Source of the DNA: Lepidodermella squamata
Taxonomy: Eukaryota > Animalia > Gastrotricha
Assembly: GCA_047495785.1 (NCBI GenBank)
Contig: JBLDXI010000033.1
Span: 1,798,001 to 1,862,000 of the forward strand
Direction of reading: 5' to 3'
Length of the DNA stretch: 64,000 nucleotides
Below are positions 10,101 to 22,464 of the stretch, piece by piece. The translations under genes were made by a program, and so were the position numbers. Within the stretch, counting starts at the first letter, position 1, and the number at the start of each line of letters is the position of its first letter. Under the pieces are notes generated by a model. The model did not search any database, was not told where the DNA came from, and was given only the letters and a program-made list of their open reading frames with translations.

Positions 10101-12592
10101 GCTCTGACAAGCGGGTCAGACGATGATGAGCTTGATTTTTCAGACATTTATTATCTATCAGCTCCGGAGGCTTCCGCTCTAACAGCTTCAAAGGACAGTC
10201 CTAAACGCATTACCTGCTATCGTCTGGATACAAATACGTGAGTTATCGAGTGAAATCTGAAAAATGATTTGAAATTGTTTTCGGCAGATTAACGCGAGCC
10301 TTCAAAAAGACGCACGATCCGAGGCACATTCAAACACCTCTTGCGTTGTCTCCGACTAACAGTGATGTTACATCTCGTGGGGGATCGACGCGAAAAATGG
10401 GAATAAATGACTTCGCAATCGTCGCTCTTCTGCCTTCAACAGATTCGTTTTCGCACATGTTTTACGTAGTTGATCATCACAGCTCCCAGCAGCATTTGAC
10501 CGTCGACCAGCCGCCGGATGATTCGACGAAGAAAAGCTACGTCATGCGATGGGTGTTGCGGCAGCGAGCTGAAGCCGCTGGTATGGCGGATCGGTTGAAA
10601 AGCGAACGAAATCACCTGTTGATAAGCCAATCATGTCACTTCATAGTTAGGTAAAAAATTTAAAAATAGTTTTTAAATCCCACCAATTGGCACTCATGGA
10701 TCATTTTTTTTTATAAATATTTCATTTTTCTTGGGTTCAAATATTTGCACCAGTAAAAATGAGGTTCCAGCTCTAGATTTAAGCGTCGTGGCACTAAACT
10801 TATCCGATTCTTCGCGATTTCGGCGTTTTCGTTTTTTGATCGATACTGATGCCCTCCCTGGACTTGGGAATTTTCATTTTAGCAACATGCTGCCCTAAGC
10901 TACGTAGAAAAATTATCGATGTTGGGTTCCAATACGCCTGATATCTGGAAAATCACTGATTTTTTAAATTGATACTTGGAATCTCAAATCTCAAATTTAG
11001 TGCTGGAACCCTAAATTTAGGATGCGTACTTGGCGCACCTATTTTTCTTGAACCTAAAAAGATCCAAATTAACTCTAGCGCTGGAACCCTAAATTTGATG
11101 TATCTACTTGGCATACTGTGGTGTGGGGCAACTTGGCCATAAAAGTCGCCTTCTGGTCGATTTCACATCGAGAAAAGCTTTTTTCACGAATTTGTTTCAT
11201 AGGAACATTCCTTGCCACCTGAGCTACAACTTCCTTTTTACCGAATTCGAAAATCGTTTTTAAATGACAAGAAAAGTCAGTACCTTAACTTTAAGGCGCT
11301 GAGATTTTGAGCATTTTTAATAGGGAATTCTGGGATCGGAGGATAACACCGTTTTCACAGAAAGATTCATCACGGTGATATCTCTCAAATGACACCTTGA
11401 ACTCGGAACTCATTGAGAAAAAATACATTAACATGTTTTAATTTTTTAATTTATTTATCAATTTATTTTTGTTCCCAATGAAACATGATTTTTTCTTTGA
11501 TTTTCAATTAATTAGGTGCTAAAATTTTCGAAAATTGGCTCCACTCCGTGTTTGTGATCGAATTTGATATTGTTGAATTTTTCTACCAGATTGATAACGA
11601 CGATGCAAGATCGAATTTCCGTGTACTTCGTCTTCGAAAGCTGTTTGGGAGGTACCCTGGAATCGCTTTTAAAAGACCACATAAACACCGAGTGTTTAAA
11701 CACCCACAACTCATCTTTCTCCCTATTGTCGCCGTTTCGCCGAACAAGCCGACCGACCGGCGGTGTCACATCTCCAGCCGGCATCGAAGAAGACCTTGCT
11801 CGCTTCTATCTAGCCTGCGTCATTGAGGCGCTGGATTTTCTCCACCAAAACGCGATTGTCCACAGAAACGTGTGCCCATCCAGCGTTTGGATCGCGGCTG
11901 ATGGTTACGCGAAATTAGGCGACCTCACCTGGTCGAAATCAGTCGGACTTCGATCTCGTACCTTCTCATTATGCGGGCCAGTTGAACGGCTAGCGCCTGA
12001 AGTTATGCTTAACAAAGGCCACGGTTTAGCGGCTGATCGGTGGAGCGTTGGAATTTTACTCTACGAAATGCTTGTCGGAAAACAGCCGTTTTTACGCGAC
12101 GATCCTATGCTGACTTGTTCGGCTATACTTCAGCACGCATCTAGCGATCAAACGTTTGATTTTTTCGATTTCCCACGTCGCGTGGGTAAAAGTGCTCGCG
12201 ACGTAATCCGGCGACTCTGCCGGCCTGTTGCTTCCGATCGACTGAATTTTGATGAATTGCGAATTCACGGGTTTTTCTCCCAGCCTGGGAATAACAACCC
12301 TCCGTTCGATTGGACTGCCCTGCGAGATTTGACAGTGGTCCCGCCCTATGTGCCTCAAGTCGTTCATGCGACTGATTTCAGTCAGGTCTTGGGAGCAAGG
12401 AAGTTGAATGGATCTATGCCAGTTGCGTCGCTGATGAGTACCTGTAATAATGGTGGGATAGCTGGCTTATCGGAGATACTGCCCGCTGATTATGACACGG
12501 ATCCTGAGAAGGTTTCATCGCGGCACCATTACATGTCCATGTCGAAATCTGACACAATGTCAAGCTGTGGAGACTGGGCCAAAGAATTTTAA
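7141..12592 (+). CDS. cGMP-dependent protein kinase (PKG)-like protein with a degenerate kinase active site
   Basis: N-terminal coiled coil, then a cNMP-binding domain (IIHEGEPG...FGELAVIYNAPRSATV), then an AGC kinase fold (ARFYLACVIEALDFLH, RTFSLCG...APEVMLNKGH...DRWSVGILLYEMLVGKQPF, FDW...PPYVP). Exons are approximately 7141-8067, 9889-10217, 10288-10650 and 11516-12592. Confidence 0.8.
8165..8246 (-). tRNA. tRNA-Ser(UGA)
   Basis: Reverse complement GCTGCTATGCCCGAGTGGTTAAGGGG-TCTGA-CT-TGA-AA-TCAGA-TGCGGTCTCCGCGC-GTAGGTTCAAATCCTAC-TGGCAGCG; long variable arm; T-tract downstream. Confidence 0.93.
8391..8646 (-). ncRNA. U2: U2 snRNA gene (copy A) interrupted by a 51-nt insert
   Basis: Reverse complement ATCGCTTCTCGGCCTTGCTGGCTAAGATCAAAG[insert]TGTAGTATCTGTTCTT..., Sm site AATTTTGG, stem-loop IV loop TATTGCAGTAC. 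The 3' end is approximate. Confidence 0.92.
8745..8816 (-). tRNA. tRNA-Gly(UCC)
   Basis: Reverse complement GCGTCAGTGGTGTAACGGTCAGCATGGTTGCCT-TCC-AAGCAGCCGATCCGGGTTCGACTCCCGGCTGACGCA. Confidence 0.95.
9036..9627 (-). CDS. Secreted Lys/Arg/Ser/Gly-rich cationic protein (copy 1, about 177 aa), nested antisense in the PKG-like intron
   Basis: Exons 9582-9627 and 9036-9523 give signal peptide MRAVFAFAAVVLLALAFSEAEA followed by KSVS repeats and GGKKF repeats. TATA-like element near 9715; strong codon bias; paralog at 45799-46365. Confidence 0.85.
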
Positions 12593-13526
12593 CTCCGCTA
12601 TCATATTAGCCGTTTATAGTGTTTATTTCATATTGTTGTATTATTTTCAATAAAATTTTAATGGAGTGAGCACTGCCCTATTAACGAGATCTTGGAGGAA
12701 TAGCTATAAAATATAATAACAGATAATCTCTATTCCTCCAAGGATCGCACGGCTGCGATGCGCGCGGTAGCGGAAACCTGACAAAGTAAAGGAAACTGAA
12801 ATGAAAAAGCGATGGTTTTTGCCTCGAAACAAACGAAGTGACAGCTATCTTGGCAACTGAAGAGATTTTATCGATGTTTTGTTTGCCTTGAGTGACCGAG
12901 TCCCGGGTTTTACAAGGCGCAAGCATATCTACAACTATTAGGTAGGTATAGGTACTTTGCCGAAATGTTACATATGGGCGAACATTATTCGATTTCAAAA
13001 CCCGTTCTAAAAACTCTGCGTAAACTTACACTTCTAAGACTCCGTTTTCAGAGAATCTCGGCGGTTTCGGTTTTCCTATGTGTGTGATTATGTTACAGAA
13101 TTCGCTGCTGCTACTATTGATACGGGAACCAAAATTAGCTCATAAGCTTGAAACCTGCGATTTCTCATCAACCAAAAATTAGCATTTCGCCACCATGAAA
13201 ACAGCTGAGAAAAATTCGGAGATTTTATTTATGTATCAATATAGAGAAACAAATATATAATCGACTAAAAATTGACAGCAGATCAGGGCTTGTTCTCATG
13301 TTCGATGCTCACGATGAACAACCACCAGTTTTTCACAGCTTCTAGCATTGGTCACTCTCTCGCTCTCTCTCCTTCACTCCCGAATGTTTCTCGATGAAAT
13401 TGTAAATGATATAAAAACGTCAACAATTATTTTCCGCGGCTGAAAAAATGCCAAGAATGTGACGGCGGCAACTTTCGAGAAGGCACAACAACAGACTAGG
13501 ATATATAGCAATTGTCATGTTTCATG

Positions 13527-14605
13527 TCAGTTCGAGGACGACGACGACGAAGCCGCGTGCTGCTCACCCGACCGGCTGCGCTCGAGCAGCGCCGGCACGA
13601 GCACGTCGCGAATCTGCTCGCACACCTGCGGCCACGGTCGCGACGCGTCCAGCACCAGCACGGGACACTTGGGCAGCAGTGGCCTGTCCGTGTCGTAGAT
13701 CAGCGCCCGACTGCTACTGCCGTTGCTGAGAATATTCTTGCTCTGACTCGCGCTCAGATTGGGCAGCAGCCAGTGTTCGTGCCGCTCGTGCAGCTGCTCG
13801 AGGTAGTCCGGGCTCACGACGCGCTCCTCCGGCCGCGCCCGCTCCAGAATGCGCTTGTACACGGTTTCGGGCTGCGTTCGCAGGTACACGATCAGGTTCA
13901 GCGGGCAGCGGTTCGCCTCCGTCAGAAATTTGAACCAGCCGTCCACAACCTGCGGCAAAAAAGTAGTTTTAACTTGATTGAAACGTAATTGAAATCAATA
14001 GAGAAAATGATCGCGAAATCCCCGAAACATTCAAAAATTTTCAAAACGTTATTACTCTCAAAGACGCGGCTACAATATTTCCGCATAGAAGGGATAAAAT
14101 TGACTGACCTCGATTTCGACATCTGACATGAGTTTGTTCTTCTTGAAATTTTCGACGAAACAGTATCGAGCCGAGTAGATGGACCTTTCGAGCACGTGAA
14201 ACGAATGGGCATCTTTGTTATCGAGCACGTTCTGGTGCACGACGAACATGGTCAGCTGAACGTAGCTTTGAAACAAGAAGCCCCACCGCTTCGTATCTTG
14301 ATACATCAGATCCTGAAATTGTGTATAACAATTTATAGCTCAACTCTTTTTATTACGAGAATGGTGGTGCTCACGAGAATATTTTGTCCGCCGAGATTGC
14401 GCCATTTTTCGACCGGTTCTTCATGAACTATGCATTGTGGTAATACTTTTTTCAGTTCGGCTAAAACGCTAGTTTTCCCACTAGCAATATTTCCCTCGAG
14501 TGAAATCTATTACAAAAAATTTACTTGAAATTTCATAAAGTCTGTTGAAATCCTTACCACTGTGCCAAAAAACCGCCTGGTAGCAGTGAAAATTTGCCGA
14601 TTCAT
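13527..14605 (-). CDS. TK2: Deoxynucleoside kinase / thymidine kinase 2-like
   Basis: P-loop EGNIASGKTS, EEPVEKWRN, FLFQSYVQLTM, ERSIYSARYCF, VYLRTQPETVYKRILERARPEE; 4 exons. Confidence 0.9.
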
Positions 14606-14805
14606 TAATGTAAAAAATAAATCTAGAAAATTATTAGTATCTTCATTAGGAAAGTTTTAGCGTGACAGCAAGCCATCAAATTTGTCTCTCTCTCAATTAT
14701 ATCACAATGATCAGCAGTGTTTTAAATAAGTACGTTAATCTGTATAATATTGCAAATCGGCCGAAAAATTTCATGAAAGCAGATACAAGAAGTAATGACA
14801 AGAAG

Positions 14806-16087
14806 CTACATTTTTGATCCAGGCCACGGAAAACGAGCGTACAAATCGTGAGCTTGTTGTAAAATTGCCGAAGACTGTACAGCAAATAGCAAATGTAAAG
14901 CATAAAATACTATTTCAAAATTCTCACTTGGCATGGAGGATAATTTTGCAGCAGGCGCAAATTAGTTGTAAAATCGCCGCCGAGAAGTGCATCTCGTTGC
15001 ACTACCAACATCGCACAGCATACGTAAAGCAGAAATCTAAACCTGTTCGGATCGCTGAACATCACGTCCCAAATGTGAAGCAGTTCGGGCAACGGTAGTT
15101 CTTGCGATAGTAACAAGCTGAAAAATCAGTGTATGCGAACAAATTCGAACAAATATTCAGGCTTCATTCGTACCTCAGCCAACGAAACGCGTAATATTGC
15201 GGCTGAATGCGCTGCTGTTCAAGGATGGTCGACACGTGAATGTCAACGGATCGCACGAGTTCGGAAAACGTCGCCAGCTGTCCGCGAACGCCTGTTTCTG
15301 ATTCATCCAGAGATCGGATGAAACAATCTCTAATTTCGCCCATCAGATTCGTAAAACAGAAAAAAGCATCTGCCTCGGCGTGTTTCCGCCACTCTGGATC
15401 TGGGTCGTTCGCAAAAACGTAGTACAACGGGCCCAAGACTTCGTTCATGCCCTGAACATAGCCCTGGCCAGGATTTAGCTTGTAGAAAACAAATAGAATT
15501 CGTTCGATTACTTCCCAGTGGACTTCTTCTGTGTCTGTAAACGACGACCTCGCCGATGCAGAGCCTTTTTGTTCGACTGTACTAAGGCCCATGCGGTCAC
15601 GCACAACTGTTTCCGAGTTCAACTGGGCATTGTGAACACGTAATCGCAGCAACTTCGCCCAGCTTTCATTAATGCCACTGGTAGTCATTTGGAAAAATGC
15701 GAGGTCTGGGGCGATACGACGGCAATCTCGGTCGATCTGCATCAGTACTTCATTGTCAACAAAATAAGACCGCCATTGGCTGTTTTGGCCCGGATTCAAT
15801 GGGTGGTCACACGTTTCTGGCCCGCTATCTCCATTTGGGAGAGCTTCGGATAGAAAACTGTTCAAAAATTGCATGTATAGGCCCCGCTTCTCAGCAAGAA
15901 ACGAGTCAAATTCGCTACGCTTAGGAACGAGGTAATCTAACAGGAGTTTCCAGCACAGTGATCGCATTCCTTTTTCGTCAGGGATGCCGCCGTGGAAACA
16001 TAGCTGACGAAGCTTTTCAATAGGAATAACTTCAGCGTTTAAGCACTCATGGAACGCGTCGATTCGATTTCTGTAGGTATTAGACAT
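14806..16087 (-). CDS. TBC1D13: TBC1 domain Rab-GAP, TBC1D13
   Basis: GIPDEKGMRSLCWKLLL, DHPLNP, QIDRDCRR, HWEVIERILF, GYVQGMNE, EADAFFCF, YAFRWL|LLLSQE; 3 exons. Confidence 0.92.
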
Positions 16088-16246
16088 ACTAGAAAGATTT
16101 AATGGTACCTAAACAAACAAAATTAGGAGTTATGATGTCTTGATAAACAAGAACAAGCACATGCGACACCTCGACAATATCCGAGAAATTGAATTTAACC
16201 AGAACAAAAAATGGCACAATCAGGTGGCACTGGCCGTTTTCAAATT

Positions 16247-16877
16247 CGTGGGTAGAAATGCCCACTCAGAGGGATCCCTCTCAGAGGGCGTCCCTCTCAG
16301 AGGGGCAGCCATTTTAGGGCCTACCTCTTAGAGGGTCCCCTCTCAGAGGGTTCCCTCTAAGAGGGCTCCCTCTTAGAGGGCTCCCTCTCAGAGGGCCCTC
16401 TCAGTGGGCTATTCATTTCCTGTCGCTTCCGGTCATTTCCGCGCCATTTTAAGATCATAATCATTTTTAAACCTTATGCTCTGTAACGCGTTATTTTACC
16501 CGTTTTTGTCACGCGTTATGCATTTTTTTGCATGGGAAAAATGGACAACAAACTGGTGTCACAAAACGTAACGCGTTAAATTGCTCTCAGTGAAGTGATT
16601 TAAGTGATTTTAAACGCCTTGACTCTATTTTGCCATAATAATACTTTCATTTTAAGGCGCTGATTATGATCTTAAAATGGCGCGGAAATGACCGGAAGCG
16701 ACAGGAAATGAATAGCCCACTGAGAGGGCCCTCTGAGAGGGAGCCCTCTAAGAGGGAGCCCTCTTAGAGGGAACCCTCTGAGAGGGGACCCTCTAAGAGG
16801 TAGGCCCTAAAATGGCTGCCCCTCTGAGAGGGACGCCCTCTGAGAGGGATCCCTCTGAGTGGGCATTTCTACCCACG
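16247..16877. mobile_element. Foldback/MITE with 217-bp terminal inverted repeats and a 5-bp AAATT TSD
   Basis: 16247-16463 is the reverse complement of 16661-16877. AAATT flanks both ends (16242-16246 and 16878-16882). The arms are built from palindromic CCCTCTNAGAGGG subrepeats. Confidence 0.9.
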
Positions 16878-17269
16878 AAATTGGACAAGGCTGGCACTGC
16901 ATAGAGCCTCAAGATGACCTTTGAGATCCGGTCACTAGTCCCAGACTTTTTTTGAAAGAGCTGAGAGGGAGTGATTCCACGTCGGAGTTGCTACAAAAGC
17001 GGCCTTGCATGCAATGGGCGCAGAAGGCGCGCCAAGGAAAGGTACCTCTGACTTACCTGATGACGGATCGCGCTTATTTGGGCGTTTTGGTCTCGCGCGC
17101 GCATCATAGAAAATATTAAGCGCCAATTTTCGACCGCGTTAAATGCAAACTATTGCTTTTCAAGTGATCTTAATATTTAAAATGTATGTTGATGCATTAA
17201 ATAAAATTACTATTAGCAACGCGTCGCGCTTCATTCTTTCAACATGGGAACTAACAGAACCTTAGCTTA

Positions 17270-18340
17270 ATGTTGCGCTGGGGCGCAATGCGTTTCCTGT
17301 CTGTTAATTGGAACTTTTTCGTGGCGGGCAGCCTCTTTGGTAGCCTTTGGGCTCTGTGCTGGGTCAAGCTTCTATCCAATGGGGGCTTTTCACGCCTCTT
17401 GAATACAGTTATTTACCAATATCCGATTCTATCATCGCCTCGTATTGCTGAAGGAACGGGTCCGAACCGCGATGGGCCAACTTCTTGGCCGCAAAACATG
17501 AGCATAGCAGAGTTAAAGCCTTCCGCAGGCGTCATTGTCAACTCCACGCTAGCTGAAGACATGACGAGCTCTATTCGAGTGTTTTGCCTTGTAATAACAA
17601 CTGCACAATTCCATAGTGGAAGAGCTCAGGCTGTCAGAAATACATGGGGAAAGCGGTGTAACAGGCTACTGTTTCTGAGCGATGCAAACAATACTGAAAT
17701 TGGTGCTATACCGCTAACAAATACTTCTGGTTATTCATCCATTTGGGGTAAAGTCAGGCGTGGAATGGAGGAAGCTCATTTACATCGCCATGCCTACGAT
17801 TGGTTCTTGAAGGCAGACGACGATACCTTTTTTGTACTGGAAAACTTTCGCTATCTTGTCTCAAAGTACTCTCCTGGTACTCCGTTGTTTATTGGACGCC
17901 TGCAACGCTCTGGCACTCCATCTGGATTTCAGAACGGTGGATCGGGTTATGCGCTGTCAAAGAGAGCGTTGGAACTTCTCCACGATTTATTCATCGTGGA
18001 AGGTATACCGAAACAAATTTGCAATACTTTCGATGACAGCGGGGTCGAGGAAGTTGAAATTGCAAAATGCTTACACGCTGCGGGCGTGAAATTCGTTGAT
18101 TCACGAAGCTCAACTGGAAACCAGCGCTTCTTTCCTTTCATGCCATATGCTCACTTGTTGAACGATACAAGATTTATTGGTTGGCTTCCCAATATCGACT
18201 ATTATCCTTCTGATTATTCCAACTGCTGCGATGACTATGCTGTTTCATTTCACTACATTTCTCCAACTGAGATGTATAGTCTCGAGTATTCTATCTACCG
18301 CTTGCAACCCTTTGGAATACAAAGAAAATACGAGCTTTGA
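17270..18340 (+). CDS. C1GALT1: Core-1 beta-1,3-galactosyltransferase (GT31)
   Basis: Type II TM anchor, RVFCLVIT, TWGKRCN, DWFLKADDDT, GGSGYALSKRAL, CCDDYAVSFHYI; intronless. Confidence 0.9.
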   Translation: MLRWGAMRFLSVNWNFFVAGSLFGSLWALCWVKLLSNGGFSRLLNTVIYQYPILSSPRIAEGTGPNRDGPTSWPQNMSIAELKPSAGVIVNSTLAEDMTSSIRVFCLVITTAQFHSGRAQAVRNTWGKRCNRLLFLSDANNTEIGAIPLTNTSGYSSIWGKVRRGMEEAHLHRHAYDWFLKADDDTFFVLENFRYLVSKYSPGTPLFIGRLQRSGTPSGFQNGGSGYALSKRALELLHDLFIVEGIPKQICNTFDDSGVEEVEIAKCLHAAGVKFVDSRSSTGNQRFFPFMPYAHLLNDTRFIGWLPNIDYYPSDYSNCCDDYAVSFHYISPTEMYSLEYSIYRLQPFGIQRKYEL

Positions 18341-18390
18341 CAACATTTCTCTTTTTTTGAATAGAGCTTTATTCAAATTTTTCGATAGTG

Positions 18391-21300
18391 ATGGCTTCGG
18401 TCATGGAGGCCTCGGGCACAATTCAGGTCAGTCATTGGTTTTTATGTTTAAGATTTGAGTCTTATGCATTATTGACACTCAGGAGATCGATGATGAGGGA
18501 CCCGATGTTGTCGAGCCGGTCCGAGGAGCTGAAACTGCCGGCGGCGAGATAGAAGGTTTCAACGAAGATTTTTCGCAAATGCTGCGGTCTCATTTCAGAG
18601 AAAAGCTAAAAATGAAAAAAGCAACTGCAACGAATGGCCACGTTGTTACTTTTTCATTTGTGGTATCAGTCTCGACGCCGCTAAGTAATTCTTGCAAATT
18701 TTCAAATGAATTTTACTAGCAGACTGATTTAAGGCGCTGATCGTTTGGTTGAATTGGAAGCTAAAGCAGCAAAAAAGAAGGGCCAGGGCGGCATTCAAGG
18801 CCCGGTTGATCCGTCCGTAGCGATCGCTCACATGCATATGGAATACGCTATTCTTCCGGGTGAAAATCCACTGAAAACTGACATCATTTTCTACGCTACC
18901 GCTGCTCGCGTATTCCCTGATCGACACGAACCAAAAACTGTTCGAACTTGGTGGGCTGATGGCCAGCTGTGGTGCTCGTGGACCCATTCGCATTCCGTGT
19001 TAGTTACAGACGTTTTGCTGCGCCGAGTCGCAAATCACACAATCGAGCTGAAAATTTGGGACAGCCGAGACAAGTTGTCTCAGCGAGCAAGAATGGACAG
19101 GCCGCGCGGTTTTCGAGCCTCGGAATTGGAAGGAGCACCTCCCAGTGGCATGGGTCATAGTATGACCTCAATGTTAGGCATGGCTGGTGGTATCGTGGTC
19201 ACGCAGGCGAAACTTTACAGCAAAGAACAGTCTCGTCAAGTTTTGTTCATGCGACCATTCCCACAAACAATTCGCAAGCACGCAATTTCATCTCTTCAGA
19301 AGTCAGAAGGAACAGCTTCTCATGGCACTGGCAAAGTTAGCAGCCCGACCCCGACTGAATCAAAGAATTCTGACATTCAAGGAGCAAAAGTAGTCCCAGA
19401 ACCCGGTAATCAACTGCGTGATTACTCGCAACTGGCTAGGACTGCGAACGCTTCGGCTGATTTTGAAGAGATGGCTCGCAGAAAGCGGTTAAATGCCGCC
19501 TTCCGATACGGTCAAGCAGCACATAACGCATTTTTGCAGCAAGGAATGGGAGATAAGAGCGAGAACGCCGGCAGTGCCGTTGGCAGCAAACCGACTACAA
19601 ACAACGCAGCTAAACGCATCAGGCCATCGCCCAACTTGACCAATGGCGAAGCTGCTTCAAGAGCTGACGTGATCAACAATAACGACCCTAACGCTAAAGG
19701 AAACCCTGGAGAAATTCGCTCGTCTATGGCTTCAGTGACAACAATGACTGGAAATCTCAACTTGCCAACTTCGTCCTCTGTCATGCAATGTGTTAGACTT
19801 CGAGTTGCTGCTCTATATGATGGGCGGAAGTCGACAACTTGGCGAATCTTGCAACCTTCTGGGCTGGTCGCTGATTGCTTAGTTAGCCTTATTGTAGACC
19901 CATCTCTCCTATCTGAAAGTCAGACCATGAGACTGAGACCCGTGATGATTCGTATCGCTTCAGCTGGTCCTCTGCCGCCCAGTTCGATGCCGATAAACAA
20001 CGTCTATTGTAAATGCCTTATGCCGGATTTAACTCCAACTCCCATGGACGCAAATCAAGATGACGGAAAAACTACTCGAGCAATTGACGAGTTGCTTCAC
20101 AAGGACAAGATTGCACAGCAGCAACAGCAAGAAGCTGACTTGACGAGCGTGACTGAATGCATGCAATTAACTGCGAATAATTCGGTTTACTGGAATCACG
20201 CTATTGTTTTGCTGACAGGAGACATACCGGATGACGCTCTTCGGCAAAACTTGTTACAAAGATCTTTAGCCATTGAGTTACATGATCGGGAGCCATTTTC
20301 ACAGGCTCAATCGCAACAAAATTTAGCGGCAAGCTCTACTACGCTGAACAGCACCGCATCTGCGGCTAATGCTATGAAGCCAGCGATATTCGGCACTTTG
20401 CCTAATGACAATCAAATTGCTAGCACCGCTGTGTTACCGCCTCCTCCACCAGAACCTCCGAAGCCGCCATATGGCCTGGCGAAATTCTCTCTCTATGACT
20501 TGTTAGTTGCCCCGACTGGTAAAGGTGTCACCTTTGCTCAAGGCACAGGTATTGTTAGACCAATGCGACCTGCTTTGCCGAATAATTCGATGGAAAGTAA
20601 CGTCAAGAAGATTCCCTTACCTCGTTATCTCGAATACGGTACTGTAATCAAAGTTACAGCCAAAGTTCCCATACCGCTGTTCACTGAATATGTGCTGAAA
20701 GCTGTCGAAGAGCCGCTTATTACTCCGAAAGCTTCGAAGTCCGCCAATTCACCTTCCAAGGTAGTAACAGCTCCCAGCGCAACCCCAGAGCCTGTTCTGT
20801 TACCCTCGGAATGCGTTGCGACGCTCGTTATCATCATACCTAGTTCGATCGTTTCTATGGAACAAACCGGTGTTCGTATTAATTCAGTTCTAGCTGAGTT
20901 GATTAGATCGACTGCGATAAATGCGAACAGCGAAGCTTTAGCATTGACAGAACTCGTGACTTCAGAAGAAAGAGCCGCCGCTCTTAGCGCATATCAACTC
21001 GCGCCTGCTCAACAAATTGACAAATCGCTGAATTTAGTTACCGGTTTTCACATCACTGACGACGACGGGGTTGTGATTGTTGTCGAGGGATTCCAGGACA
21101 TCATCGCCCATCTGTGGGAGACCAGTTTAGGACATATTAAAGAATTCGAAGCGTCGAATAGGTTGCTGAACGACAGAATCAAGATGTTTTACAATTCATC
21201 CCTGACTTCGCCCGTTCGCCGGTACGGTGGTCTCGACTTATCGTATGCGATGGTAACGCTAGGCCGAGGTTTATCAAAAATTGTTGCAGAGCCTTTGCTC

Positions 21301-22464
21301 TACGTTCGAGACATGGCTCCGGGTCCATGCCGAGCAGCGGCTGTGAAGTTGGCTGAATTGAGAGCAAATATTTCCTCTCTGGCTGAGATATTTCGTCAAG
21401 AATTGCTACCGACAACTGTTGAACTTCGCTCTTTGTACGATGAATTCTCCGTGAAAGCACCTACGTTAACACCCGCACGATACAACACTCTGCCAAATAT
21501 TAACAGCGACGAATCTGCAGATAACCAAGCTGGCGGTGAATACCAGGCTAAAAACGAGGATAATACCCAAAAAGAACCTCGTGATTTCTTACGCGAAAAC
21601 GTTGAAGTTGTGTGGCATGTCAGTGAGAAAAACAGACTGCACCGCGAACAGACTGAAACAATCAGCGTAGCAGTTAACACGGGCCATGTTTACTCTAGCC
21701 ATTCGGTGAATGCTGTCGAAATCGCGAAGGCACATATTCGAGACCACATGCTGTTGAAAGACCGCCGTTACACTTTCTGCCAGTTCTATCATCACAGGAC
21801 AATGATTCCTAGAGCTGCATCGCCAGAAAAACTGATGATCTATCCTCATGCCAAAGGCTGGCAATATCCTGGTCACGTCGATGCTATTCAGGTAAGTCAT
21901 TTTAAGGTCACAATTTAAGGTTCAAGTTTTCTGTTATAGGCTAATATTCATCCTCAAATGCCTGACCCTGCTCGTCGAGATGAAATATCTCAACCATGGC
22001 GGGAGAACTGGTTGCATGAGAAGTATCTCAGGCCTCCGCTTGTCGAACGAGATCCCTTCCCTTGGGATAGACGAAAGACTGACTTAAATTTGTATGAGCT
22101 GCCCGAAAAAGAGCTGAAACCGATCAGCATTTTCAAAGCAGGCGATGCTACTGAGATTCCGCTGGATTGTTTGCCGCCTCGAGTTGAAAATCGTATGCAT
22201 GTTTACCGCAGAGGTATTCAATCGGAATTGGCTACCTTCAATCACAAACTTTCATTGCTTGATCGCGTTGCTGACGTACTCCACGACCCACCGGCAAAAA
22301 TATCACTGAGATTCCGGCCTGTTCAGGAGATACCGAAAATCAGCACGCTGGCGGCGGAAAATCCGGCGGGCAGAAACGAAAAATGCCAACCTTTCGCACC
22401 AGTTGCCTTCAACGATTGGCTGTTGAACAGAAACATAATTCCGTTAAAGTCTTCTGCGTTTTAG
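18391..22464 (+). CDS. CFAP92: CFAP92/KIAA1257-like (DUF4550) ciliary protein
   Basis: EYAILP...DIIFY...RVF...KTVRTW...WCSWTHS...IELKIWDSRDKLSQRARMDRPRGFR motif. Upstream exons at about 18391-18426 and 18483-18684, main ORF to about 21891, last exon from about 21940. Confidence 0.75.

Noticed and set aside
16261-16410. CRISPR-like array of short palindromic repeats
   Set aside because: No unique spacers and no cas genes; these are subterminal repeats within transposon TIRs in a eukaryote.
17048-17062. ACTTACCTG as a further U1 gene or SL RNA
   Set aside because: No U1 stem-loops or 3' box follow; it is equally a consensus donor site on the minus strand.
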